Shown here in pieces: positions 51,775-63,558 of a stretch of DNA of 64,000 nt (position 1 is the stretch's first letter; each line of letters begins with the position of its first letter). The notes beneath the pieces were generated by a model. It was not told the origin of the DNA, did no database searches, and saw nothing but the letters and a program-made list of their open reading frames with translations. The DNA comes from Octopus sinensis. Taxonomy: Eukaryota. The position numbers were made by a program, and so were the translations under genes. The stretch spans positions 60,636,001 through 60,700,000 of the forward strand of contig NC_043003.1 of the NCBI RefSeq assembly GCF_006345805.1, written 5' to 3'.

Positions 51775-52221
51775 ACAACGGGCTTCTTTCACTTTCCGTG
51801 TACCAAATCCACTCACAAGGTTTTGGTCGGCCAGAAGCTATAGTAGAAGACACTTGCCCAAGGTGCCACGCAGTGGGACTGAACGCAGAACCATGTGGTT
51901 GGTAAGCAAGCTACTTACCACGCAGCCAATATTATATATATATATATTATATATATGATATATAATATATATATTATAATATATTTATGCATATATATTG
52001 AATCTTATTTCTAATTTATCATGAAATAAAACTGGTAGAAGCGGGTTAAGTCATAGAGGCAAAATCTTGACTTCAAATTTTGGCATGCTAACGATTCTGA
52101 CAACTCGCCGCCTTAACGAGATAAAATATTAAAATAATAGAACAGTAGTATCTTCTACTGAAGTTTAGTGAGATGACAATCCTAATGTTTTGGAACAAGT
52201 ATTCGTCTTCGAGAGGAAAAT

Positions 52222-52632
52222 CAGGAGGTTGTTGTATCCTAGCATATGTGCTGTTTCTTTTAGTTTTCGTATTTTCCAGTGGTCTTCTCTGTGTATTATT
52301 TTAACTTCATCCCACAGGTGGAGGTGGTCTTCATTTTTCCATTCATGATCAGCTGTACTCGATTTATCAATGTCTCCTCGTGTCACAGCTTTGCGATGTT
52401 CCTCTTCCCTTATTTTGAGGGGTGGCATGTTTCGCCTTTGTAGCTGCATGGGATGAAGCACACGCAGTTTTTGGTCATATTCCCTTCTATTGGTGGTTTT
52501 ACCCGAAGGAGATGTTTGCGAAGTGTTGTATTACTCTTGAATATCTCATTCGGATAAAACCACAAATAGAAGGAAATAGGACCAAAAATTGCGTGTACTC
52601 CATCCCATACAGCTGTGGTAGGTTATACAAAG
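52222..52632. mobile_element. Penelope GIY-YIG fragments in inverted arrangement
   Basis: Minus: EEEHRKAVTRGDIDKS...RKLKETAHMLGYNNLL. Plus (52546-52632): RIKPQIEGNRTKNCVYSIPYSCGRLYKGKT. Confidence 0.8.
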
Positions 52633-53419
52633 GCAAAACAGTTGAGGGTTACAGTCTGCTCGTGAAATAAACGAGCAAGTGGCTGAGCACTCCACAGAAA
52701 CGCGTACCCATAACGTGACACAGAATGTAACTAGGTTGGTCTTTTGAAATACAGGTAGCAACTTAAAATAAAATGTCTTGCTCAGAGACACTTCGTGCTG
52801 CCGGGAATCGAACTCAACCATACGATTGTGAGCCGAATACCCTACACACTAAGCCGGGCGCCTTCTCTTAGCGAGTATAGGGTTAAGATAGAAAAAGTGC
52901 GGGGTGTTTAGGGCAGAGTTGAAGAGTGAAGAGTTTTGCGTGCATAGGATTAAGACAGAGAATATATATTTTTAGGTTAATGGAAGGAGCGGGATGTTTT
53001 GTCTTGTGAAATAGAAAGGAGCCTTAGAAATTCATTGTCGTTTTTTATGTTGTTTTTGTTCTTTGGCGCCAAGTTAATACTTGTCTGAGAAAACAAAGCA
53101 AGCCCTTCTAAGCAAGAGTCATTTTTTAAACAAAATTACAAAAATGGTTATATAAACTATAGTTATAAACTATATGAAAATATAAAAAGTAATAATATAT
53201 TTAAAATAATATCAAATAAAGTACAGCGAAGGCATGGCTGTATGGCGAAGACCAAGTTGTTCTACGTTCACTCCTACTGCACGGCACTTTGGTAAAATTG
53301 TGATCCCCCAGCATGACTGCAGCCTCGAGTCAGAAGCATATAAAAGAATAAAAGAATATAGCTTAGGGCCGCGCAGTGGCTTGTGAATGAATTTGGTGGA
53401 CGGAAACAGTATAAAAAGC

Positions 53420-53467
<48 letters not shown>

Positions 53468-53612
53468 CGGAAGGTTTACGAAAATAAACAAAAGACGAAG
53501 GCAGGTGGAGTACAAACAAATAATGTATTAGTATGGCGCTCAAGCACATAAATGTGAAACAAGTTGGAAAAATAGTATTCGAATACCGGAGGTAGGGTAA
53601 TATGCTTTATTT

Positions 53613-54680
53613 TTAGGTTGTTCCGAAAATAATGGTCGCTCTAAGTGTTGTGCTTGAAAGCGCAATTTTATCATAGTATTTTAATTATATTTTAGGTAAA
53701 TTTTGACTTACTTAATTATTGATGTATGCTCTTTAATAATTTTCTACTTATTTCAGACAGGGAACATTCTTGAAGCATAGGCGCCCTTAATTGGGAACAT
53801 GACAAAAAAGGACCTTTAGTTACTTTTCCTTCATGAGTTCAAGCTTGGGTACAGTGCCTCTCAAGCTGCTGCCAATATCAACAGAGCATGGGGAGAGGAG
53901 TCCACCAATGATTGCACAGTGCGAAGGTGGTTTCAGAAATTCCGTAGTGGTGATGATAACCTTGAAGATGAAGAAGGTAGAGGACGGTCATGCAGTCTTG
54001 ACAATGAACAATTGAAAGCAATTGTTGAACAAAACACACGCCAAAGTGTCAGAGAAATGTCTTGGGCACTTGATGTCGGTATTACAATGGCCTCACGCAA
54101 TCTACAGAAGATTGGTAAGGTGAAAAAGCTCATGGTTACCGTATGAGCTCAATGAAAATCAAAAACGTTCGGTGTTATGAAGTGTGCTTGATCCTCTTTC
54201 TTCGAAACACCAATGATCCCTTTTTTTGACCGAATAGTCACTTGTGATGAAAAGTGGATCCCTTATGATAACTGTAAACGATCAGGTCGATGGCTTGATC
54301 TTGATGAGTTCCCCAAACATTTCCCAAAGCCAATGTTGCATCAGCAAAAGATTATGGTGACTGTCTGGTGGTCTGCAATTGGTGTTGTCCATTACAGCTT
54401 TCTGGAAGGCACTTAGAGTATTACAGCAAAGGTCTACTGCAATCAACTCGCTGAAATGCATGCTCACTTATAAAAAATGAGACTTGCATTTGCGAATCGG
54501 CGTGGCCCGATTCTGTTCCACGATAGTGTCAAGCCACGTGTTGCAAAAATGGCACTGCAGAAACTCACAGACTTGGAATACGAGATTTTACCACACCCAC
54601 CATATTCTCCTGATCTTTCACCCACTAACTACCATTGTTTGAAGCATTTAAACGCGTTTTTAAGTGATAAAGCTTTAAGG
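53613..54680 (+). mobile_element. mariner (Hsmar1/cecropia-like) pseudogenised transposase, in intron of Met-like gene
   Basis: TIR ttaggttgttccgaaaataatgg, ATG at 53799, motifs TVRRWFQKFRSGD, IVTCDEKWI, LFHDSVKP and HPPYSPDLSPTNY. Contains stops and frameshifts; 3' end is lost. Confidence 0.9.
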
Positions 54681-54919
54681 TCCACACCTGTGTTTGGCGC
54701 CACATTACTTGACAACCAGTGCTGGTGTGTTTACGTCCCTGTAACTTAACGGTTCGGCAGAAGGGGCCGATATAATAAGTACCAGACTTAAAAGTAACAA
54801 GTGGAGTCGATCTGTTCGACTAAATCCTTGAATGGAGAGCCCCAGCATTGATGCATTCCAATGATTGAAGCAAGTAAAAGATGAAAGACATACATAAAGT
54901 TTCATAGTAATGTATGAAA

Positions 54920-55110
54920 TTCGCCATGCTTGACCACTAAATCTACAAATTTTTTAATTATTTCTCTGCTTAGTTCTCTTATTCCTTTCTGTTGAAGAGC
55001 ATAGGCTCGAAACGTAAAAGACATTCATTTTCTTGAGCGTCAAACTAATACACCTGCGTCTTGTTCATACACCTGTCTCCGTCTTTTGTCTTTCCATAAA
55101 TTTCAACTAT
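54920..55110 (+). mobile_element. Penelope-derived non-autonomous repeat with hammerhead-like motif (family P)
   Basis: cttt-ctgttga-a-gagc-atag-gctc-gaaa-cgta-aaag at 54985-55020. Related copies at about 11161-11370, 27770-27920, 46730-46935, 48010-48240 (-) and 53460-53545 (-). Confidence 0.6.
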
Positions 55111-55342
55111 AAAATGGGTACCAATATTTCTGTGTCATTATTTTTAATATACAGAGTCTCATCTACGACAGAAAATATTAAGATAATTGAATAATTGCTA
55201 AGTGTATCAGTTTTCTGGGTTAAAATATTATTTAGGTCAACTTATGCTTCCATTTAAAACATGTAATATAAAAATACTGACCCTATCCAATTGTTATATA
55301 AACTACTTCAAAAACATAATTTTGTTTAATTTTCTTTTGCAG

Positions 55343-55500
55343 GTCATGGCGTAATTACAGCGAGAAGTTACGCCGAGATAAACTAAATTGTTATTTTGAG
55401 GAACTTGCTAAATGCGTCCCTCTTGTAGCGAATTCTCCACAACGCCTGAACAAGACTAGTATATTGCGACTATCGTTAAGCTATTTAAAATTTCTTCTTG
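55343..55500 (+). CDS. Met: bHLH exon of a bHLH-PAS transcription factor, Methoprene-tolerant/gce-like (alternatives: Clock/ARNTL-like)
   Basis: Acceptor ttttcttttgcag|G and donor G|gtacgt. The 158 nt encode SWRNYSEKLRRDKLNCYFEELAKCVPLVANSPQRLNKTSILRLSLSYLKFLL, matching the remembered Met pattern RNxxEKxRRDKLNxYIxELAxxVPxVAxSxxRxDKTSILRL better than Clock or BMAL. Symbol is provisional. Confidence 0.85.
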
Positions 55501-56211
55501 GTACGTTAATCAAGTTTGGTTTCGTTTAAAATTTTACTATTTCTAAATGACAAAAAGGCATTTGACATAAAAACAAAATTGAGCGATTTTTCAGTAGTAA
55601 AATTTACAAAAGATTGATAGAATAGTTATTTTTGTAGAAACTGATAGATACATGCAAACATTCTATGAAACACTTTGGATGTTTGTTATTTTCTCGCTAC
55701 GTTCGGAATGAGTGATTGTATATCAACACAAAAGTAAAACTTACAATTGCAAAAAGTAAAACGCTGAATTTAATGCAATCTACTAAATACGACAGGATAA
55801 CTGCTGCTATTCTTTCTTTATTTATGGCTATATATTAACAAGTCACCAAGAATCCAAGGCTCCATCTGTACAAAAGACTAAAAGTCAAGTTAGGGACGGT
55901 ATATCCAATGTAGTGCGAAAAATATATGATTAATTAATATTATTTATGCAGTGATGAAAAGGTATGAATGATTAATATAAATTTAATCTGAACTTATTGC
56001 TAATCTGATGATTAGTGAGAAGACTATATATTTCTAAAGTTGTCTACAGAGGCTAAAACACGTTCGAAGTTGTCGCCCGTTATTATCAAAACCAGATTAT
56101 ACATTTTTCATTGAATTTGTGGTTTCGTCTTTTCATTACATAAATATACTAATTAGCCAATTAATCAATTACATATTTATCCTCTCTACATTAATATCCA
56201 TCTATCTATCA

Positions 56212-56287
<76 letters not shown>

Positions 56288-56410
56288 GTATGTCTGTCTG
56301 TCTGTCTGTCTGTCTGCCTGTCTGTCTGTTTGTCTGTCTCTCTTTCTGACTGACTATCTATCTGTCTGTCTGTCTATCCATCTTTCTCTCTATGTATCTA
56401 TCTATTTTCC

Positions 56411-56463
<53 letters not shown>

Positions 56464-56859
56464 GCTATCTGTCTCTCTGTCTTTGTCTGTCTGTCTGTCT
56501 CTCTCTCTGTCTCTCTCTCTCTATGTGCCTGTGGATGCATTATATATATTTCATATGTACATGAATGTCTACGTGTATCTACGTTGTAATGTACGTGTAA
56601 TCGTTCTCGTTTTAATTTAATGTTAATTTTGATTCTGTAGTGTGTGAATCAAGGAATCGCTTTCTCTCTCCAAGAACCTATATTCAGCCATAATTTGCTC
56701 CAGACAGATTTGTACGTATCCTATTGCTCCAATAATAATAGGAATGATGAGAAAAGTGTATGTTGGGTACTAGATTTGCAAAGCCTTACCATAGATGTTC
56801 TCTTTCTCATGTGTTTTTCTTCCCACATTAATGTCTAGAGGGCTGCTCCACAACAGAAC

Positions 56860-56931
56860 GGGCATATGGTGTACTGGTTAAGAGCGCAGACTACTAACCT
56901 CAAGATTCCGAGTTCGATTCCAGGCAGTGAT

Positions 56932-57008
<77 letters not shown>

Positions 57009-57196
57009 CAACTTCTAAAAATACCTTAGGAATGAGAACCCAGGTTCGAAATTTCCCCCAAGACACCTGATGAAGGCTGGAGGGTATATCAGCCGAAATG
57101 TTGTGTTAACAACAAGATGAGGACAAATATCTGTTAATTGTAAATAATAATATAATAATAATGTACATAATTCCTCATCTCTTAAATATAGAACTG
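56860..57196 (+). mobile_element. tRNA-headed, hammerhead-containing SINE-like derivative of the Penelope 3' end
   Basis: A/B boxes at 56860-56921, (AAT)n, then hammerhead gacac-CTGATGA-a-ggctg/cagcc-GAAA-t-gtt-gtgtt at 57062-57107. Confidence 0.65.
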
Positions 57197-57380
57197 AATT
57201 ATTTACTTGTAGTCTCACACAACAATATCTAGCAGGCTGTGTTTTAACTTGGTAGGTTCGAAACGGTAAAATTCATGAAACCAAAACCGCACCACTCCAT
57301 GTACTCAAAGACACACAGAGCTATGCCCCTTAGCGCAATGAAAAAACGCAGTATGAATAAGGCATTTGAATAACAATGAA

Positions 57381-57418
<38 letters not shown>

Positions 57419-57578
57419 CAATGTCTTCAGATTTTGGCACAAGGCCACTAATTCCTGGGAAGAAGTAAATCGATTATATCAACCCCAGTACTTAACTGGT
57501 ACCCCAAAAGGATAAAAGGCAACGTCGAGTTCAAATTCAGCCGAGGTCTGCCAGCTCACCGCCTTGATGATGATAATC

Positions 57579-57616
<38 letters not shown>

Positions 57617-58402
57617 TAATAATAATAATAATAATAACTATATGGTTACAATGCTAGGAGCACCTGGAATGACCAAAAACTGCTGATAAATGGTACTAGC
57701 ACCACCCTGAGGCTGTAACTGAAGGAGAAAATGCAACGATTCTTTGGGACTTCCCAGTATGTACTAGTCTGTGGTTGTCTGAACCAGCATGGGGAAGCTG
57801 ATGACCTCTCCTGTTTGAAGGTTGTAATGGTAATAGTTTTGTGTGTCATCAGCTTACCATGCTGGTTCAGACACCCACATACTAGTTTCAGGGTATTTGC
57901 CCTTTATCAATGTGGAGTAGTCGAACTCAGCAGGTTACTTAATTGTAATATGCTTAATGTGTGACAGGCTCTGGTGCACAAGCGTTTATAAAAGGCTGAA
58001 AATAAAACATTGGACAACTTCTACTAGAATTGGACCCGATCTACTAGAATTCCAATTCACTTAAAATTCTTTTCTCAGGCACAAATTTATGATTTTGTTT
58101 TTCTACTCACGGATCAAACGTATTTGTGCTACACATAATATTCCAACTGTTTTTCAACAAAAGTTTTTAGCACCTCCATAAAATCTCCTCTCCTTACCCC
58201 ACGTAGTTTTAAGGCCGCGAAGTGGTAGACTTTTCGGAGTGGTTCAATAATGTAACCAGCCTAGTACTGAGTTGGGAAGAGTCGATGTGATCGCCTTGCT
58301 ACCTTCCGTCAAAATTTCTAGCCTTGTACTAGAATTAGAAAGCACTATTACTTTAAAATAAATACAAAAGAGATGAAACATGGATCTGCTATTGGATTAT
58401 GA

Positions 58403-58403
58403 T

Positions 58404-58456
<53 letters not shown>

Positions 58457-58477
58457 TTATAATTATTATTATTATTA

Positions 58478-58535
<58 letters not shown>
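58403..58535. repeat. Compound trinucleotide microsatellite (ACT)n-(ATT)n; representative of very dense (TA)n, (CA)n, (GA)n, (TATC)n, (TATG)n and (AAT)n arrays across the window
   Basis: Direct inspection. Confidence 0.95.
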
Positions 58536-58538
<3 letters not shown>

Positions 58539-58744
58539 TAGTTTTATTTTTATAACGTGCTTTCACTTCACTACCGAGCGCAGCTCTGTGTGCCTTGGGT
58601 ATGTGCTGTGATTTGTTGTGATGCTCTGATGGTTACTGTATTGATAGAGTTCTGCGTAGGATGTGTGCAGTGCCTAGTAGAGCAATTTTCTGTATGTTAT
58701 TTGTTTGTAAGTCCTGGTGTTTTTGTTATGTATTTTTCTGAATA

Positions 58745-58793
<49 letters not shown>

Positions 58794-60336
58794 GAAATAA
58801 GCATGAGATAGGTTTGATTACCTCCACGAGCAAAGAATAAGGAGTGGATTAATCGTAGAATGAATGTAAATACAAAAAATATCAGCAATAACTTAAAAAG
58901 TAGCATATGCCTTTTCTCAAGATAGAGCTGAAAGACAGATAACAGGAAAGAAAAAAGAAATATCCGTGTGTAGTTATCTGCGAGTTATTATAAAAGTTGA
59001 AATAGGAAGAGAGTAAGTATGTGATTTCTGAGGTGGTGAGATTAGAGTCAATCGCACAAAATACAAAAAAAAAAAAGAAAAAAATGAACGAAAAGTAAGC
59101 AGGCAGCATCGGTGCATATGTTGGCCAATGTGTGAATACAGTCTATGATAATGCACATACCAAAATTCTAGATTGCATCCAAAATAAAATGCTATCTCAC
59201 TAATCGGTAACACTTAATAAAATGGTCTGACATTTGACCAACATAAGGGCTGTCCCCCAACTAATGTCTCATCTACCGGCACCATACTGACCCTCTGCTC
59301 GTTGAGTGGGACTTTGCCACTCGACTCACTCGTACTTCTCCTCTACTCATTTACTTTGCTTCCCCGCCACACACTAATCAATATAACCAGATCTTTCTTC
59401 TCGGTTTACTAACCCTCTAGAATTCTCTCCCTGTCCAGGTTCTTTTCTTTCTGCTGTCGCCAAATTACAGTTGTTCAAAGAGAATACTAGTTACATAGAT
59501 TAATATCTGGTCTCGGGTAGCATGTAAATGTCAGAGGGTGCAGTCCCTTTCCCTAATTATCTTTTATTGTTTATTGTTAAAGTCATTGAGTTGCGGCTGT
59601 GCTGGGTGTGGGGGGCTCCTTGAAGGGTTTAGTCGACCACAATGCATATCTTTAAAATCTGGTTCTTATTCAATCGTTCTATTCTTTTTTTCTTGAACCT
59701 CTAAGTTACAGGGACGAAAATGAACTAACACCGGTTGCCAAGCGGTGGTAGGGACAAACACAGACACACAAACATATACACACCCATATATATATACGAC
59801 GGGCTTCTTTCAGTTTCCATCTTGCAAATCCACTCAAGGCTTTGGTCGACCCGAGGCTACAGTAGAACACACTTGCCGAAAGTGCCACGCAGTGGGACTG
59901 AACCCGGAACAATGTGGTTGGTAACCAAGGTACTTATCACACAGCCACTCGTACGGCTATACATATATATATATATATATACAGACATACCAAGGGCTTC
60001 CGCAGATTTTCTATCAACCATATTCACTCATAATGCATTGGTGGGCCCGGGGCTATAATAAAAAGAAAAATACACTTGCCCAAGTTGCCGTGCAATGGGA
60101 TTAAAACTGAGACAACGTGGTCGCCAAACGGATTTCTTAACTACACAACCAGCGCCTATGCTTAAGACCAACCCACTAAAGAAAAACGATTATGATAATT
60201 TAGTCCCAGCAACAAGAATGCTAATTGATCTGACCTTGAAAATAAAAGATTAACAATGAATGATACAAAATCTCACTTACTATACTAAATTTTGCGTAAA
60301 TTCTTTTTCTGTTTTTTTTTTTTTTTTTTTATATAG

Positions 60337-60410
60337 GTTTGAAAAGAAAAGGTTTATTACCTAAAGAGAAATGTAAAACTGAACTGTTACAGCCTGGTAA
60401 TGTAGAAGAG
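60337..60410 (+). CDS. Third exon (bHLH to PAS-A linker) of Met-like gene: GLKRKGLLPKEKCKTELLQPGNVEE
   Basis: Long poly-T tract plus atatag| acceptor. 74 nt, phase 1 in (matches previous donor), phase 0 out at GAG|GTAACT, no stops. A phase-0 intron just before PAS-A is typical of Clock/BMAL-type genes. Confidence 0.7.
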
Positions 60411-61097
60411 GTAACTTGGTTTTATAATTTTCGTTAAAACCTTAGCGTTTTACAGATCGTGAGTAATAATTTTGATAAATTTACATTTAGTCATGTTGTG
60501 AGTAAAGAGGTTAAAAAAATCAACAAGTACTCCGAATTGAAAGTGGAAATAGCACGACTGTATGGAATGAGAGAGGGTAATGTAAAAGTGATGCCAGTTG
60601 TGATTGGAGCGTTGGGCTCAATCCCATTGAAACTTCAAGACTAGTTAAGGCAATTGGAAGTCCCATGCAACATTGATGTCTTGCAAAAAGCAGCCTTATT
60701 GGGCACAGCGCACATCTTAAGGAACGTATTATCTGTCTGAGGCCCTTGTAACTTTACAGATGACTAAAGACTCCGCTGCATTTTTACCTACACTTTGTTA
60801 CGAAGGAAAATTAATAATAACAATAGTTTCAAATTTTGCCGCAAGAGCAGTCATTTTGGGGGAAGGGATGTGTCGATTATATCGACCCCAGTGCTCAACT
60901 GGTACTTAATCTATCAACCCTGAAAGGATGAAAGGCAAAGTCGACCTCAGCGGAATTTGAACTTAGAACGTAGCGACGGGCGAAGCACCACTAAGCATTT
61001 CGACCAGTGCGCTAACAATACTGCTAGCTCACCGCCTGTAATAATAATAACAACAACAACAACAAAAACAACAACAACAACAACAATAATAATAAAT

Positions 61098-61260
61098 CCC
61101 AAAATCTAATCAGTTCGTGCCAGGCACGAGGTCAAACATCCCTGAAGGTTTCATCCGAATCCATCCAGCGGTTCTTGAGATACTTGTCCACGGACAAACA
61201 AACAAACAAACAAACAAACACGACTGAAAACAATGCCTCTGCCTTAGCTAAGGCGGATAT
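61098..61260 (+). mobile_element. Helentron/DINE-1-like (HINE) 3' portion
   Basis: ccaaaatctaatcag...ccatccagcggttcttgagat...(ACAA)n...gaaaacaatgcctc plus a subterminal hairpin gccttagctaaggc. Confidence 0.5.
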
Positions 61261-61263
61261 ACA

Positions 61264-61294
<31 letters not shown>

Positions 61295-61630
61295 TAATAA
61301 TAATATAATAATAATAATAATAATAATAATATAATAATAATAATAATACTGTCTTTCTGACCTCGCTTCCCTCGAGTGTAGACGGCTTTCCTGTGTCTCT
61401 CTCTGCCGTTCTCAATAAAAAATATTCAGACAAATACATAACAAAAACACCAGGACTTACAAACACACATAACATACAGAAAATTGCACTACTAGGCACT
61501 GCACACATCCTACGCAGAACACTTTCCATACAATAACCATCAGAGCATCACAACAAATCACAGCACATACCTAAGGCACACAGAGTTGCGCTCGGTAGTG
61601 AAGTGAAAGCACGCTATAAAAAGAAAACTA

Positions 61631-61692
<62 letters not shown>

Positions 61693-62010
61693 TAATAATA
61701 ATAATAATAATATTGAAACCTATTTGAAGATGATACCAGACTTACCATCCCTACAGGAAATGCAAAAATCGTGTTAACTGGAACGACTCATGTACTGAGA
61801 AGAGCATTATCGCTGTGAAAACAACATCAATTCATGATTTTATTTATCTATTATTTTTTTAAATACATAGTTTACCTGTAAATTTGCATGTGTAATCTGG
61901 GAATGCACACAATGAGTTTCTGTGTCGTAGGTGTACGGAAAACACTCGGCGAGAAATGGAAGAAAAGTTGAAGAAGGAAAAAAATAATAATAACAATAAT
62001 AATAATAATA

Positions 62011-62053
<43 letters not shown>

Positions 62054-62055
<2 letters not shown>

Positions 62056-62652
62056 AGGAATATATTCACAGACATGACAGAGTTGGAACCTTCATACATT
62101 GGAAGCTATGCCAACATTATGGAATAACAACAGAAAAAAGATGGTATAGGCACACACCAGAAAAGGTCACAGAAAACGAGAAAGCAACCATACTCTGGGA
62201 TATGCCGATACACACAGATAGAGAAATTAAGGCCAACAGACCAGATATAGTTGTCAGAGATCATGAAGAAAAAAAATGCTTTCTAATTGATGTATCAATA
62301 CCGGCAGATGACAACGTGTCTCTAAAAGAAATGGAGAAACTCTCAAAATACAAATACCTGGAAATAGAGGTAACTAGAATGTGGAATCTGAAAACAGAAA
62401 CAATTCCTATCATAGTAGGTGCATTAGGCATGATAAAAAAATATTCAGAAAAATGCATAACAAAAACACCAGGACTTACAAACACATATAACATACAGAA
62501 AATTGCACTACTAGGCACTGCACACATCCTACGCAGAACACTTTCCATACAATAACCATCAGAGCATCACAACAAATCACAGCACATACCCAAGGCACAC
62601 AGAGCTGCGCTCGGTAGTGAAGTGAAAGCACGCTATAAAAATAAAACTACCG
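62054..62652 (+). mobile_element. 5'-truncated R4/Dong-like non-LTR element with restriction-like endonuclease, in (TAA)n
   Basis: YIHRHDRV...WY.HTPEKV...ILWD...RPDIVV...LIDVSIP...EKLSKY (PD-(D/E)xK RLE), flanked by (AAT)n on both sides. Shorter copies at 58536-58746 (-) and 61416-61633 (+); diverged relatives at about 57640-57755, 60450-60740 and 61715-61820. Confidence 0.85.
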
Positions 62653-62836
62653 AATAATATAATAATAATAATAATATAATAATAATAATAATAATAATAA
62701 TATAATAATAGCCATGCACAAGGTAGAACCAATAATTATAAAATGTATAAGACACTATGAATAAATGGCAAACAGTGCTACAGCTCCAAACAAAAGAGGT
62801 TTCTGGTTTCCTTTTCTTCTACCTTACTGTCTCTCC

Positions 62837-62878
<42 letters not shown>

Positions 62879-63516
62879 ATTCTTCATTCTTTCTGGTTTT
62901 CTCTACAACCATTCCATCCCCCCCTCTCTCTCTTACTCCTCCTCTGTCCCGTCGCTCACCACCGACGAGAAAGCTACTGTCTTTCTGACCTCGCTTCCCT
63001 CGAGTGTAGACGGCTTTTCTGTGTCTCTCTCTGCCGTTCTCAACAAGCGTTCGTAATATTTTCTCTCGTTTGGCTTAACAGCCCTCATTGTCTGTGTTAC
63101 TGTTATTCTCCTTGTCCTGTCTTTTACTGTTTATAATTTGTCCTGTCTTTACTGTCCTGTTTTTGTTACCTTTTTTACTCCTCGGCAAAAAAATCTCAAG
63201 TTTTATTTAATTTGCTTTTTGCGGGAAGAAAAGTTTCGATGTAGTCGTGTCTCGCCTTGACCATCGAAACGCGGAGTAGATGAAACAGAGGTGACTGAAG
63301 AAGGGTAATTTTCCTTGTGTTGTATGCCCTGTACTCTATTTTTTCGTTGTTTAAAAGAAATGTCCATTTCCTTGGTTTTGTGTTTATGTTTTCGTTTCTC
63401 ATTGTGTTCGACGTTTTTTTGGTGTCCTATACCCATATATGCATGTATATATACATGTAGATGTAGGTACGTACATATATGTATGTATTTATGCATATGT
63501 TTTATTTATTAATTTG

Positions 63517-63558
<42 letters not shown>

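Noticed and set aside
55842-56121. Alternative third exons for the bHLH-PAS gene (acceptors near 55842, 56048, 58078 and 59470)
   Set aside because: Wrong phase or in-frame stops; the exon at 60337-60410 fits cleanly.
56860-56930. Functional tRNA gene (also the SINE heads throughout)
   Set aside because: A and B boxes are present, but there is no closing acceptor stem or terminator, and each head is fused to a repeat body.
61956-62555. 199-aa ORF as a host gene
   Set aside because: The start lies in (AAT)n; the remainder is a 5'-truncated non-LTR RLE domain.
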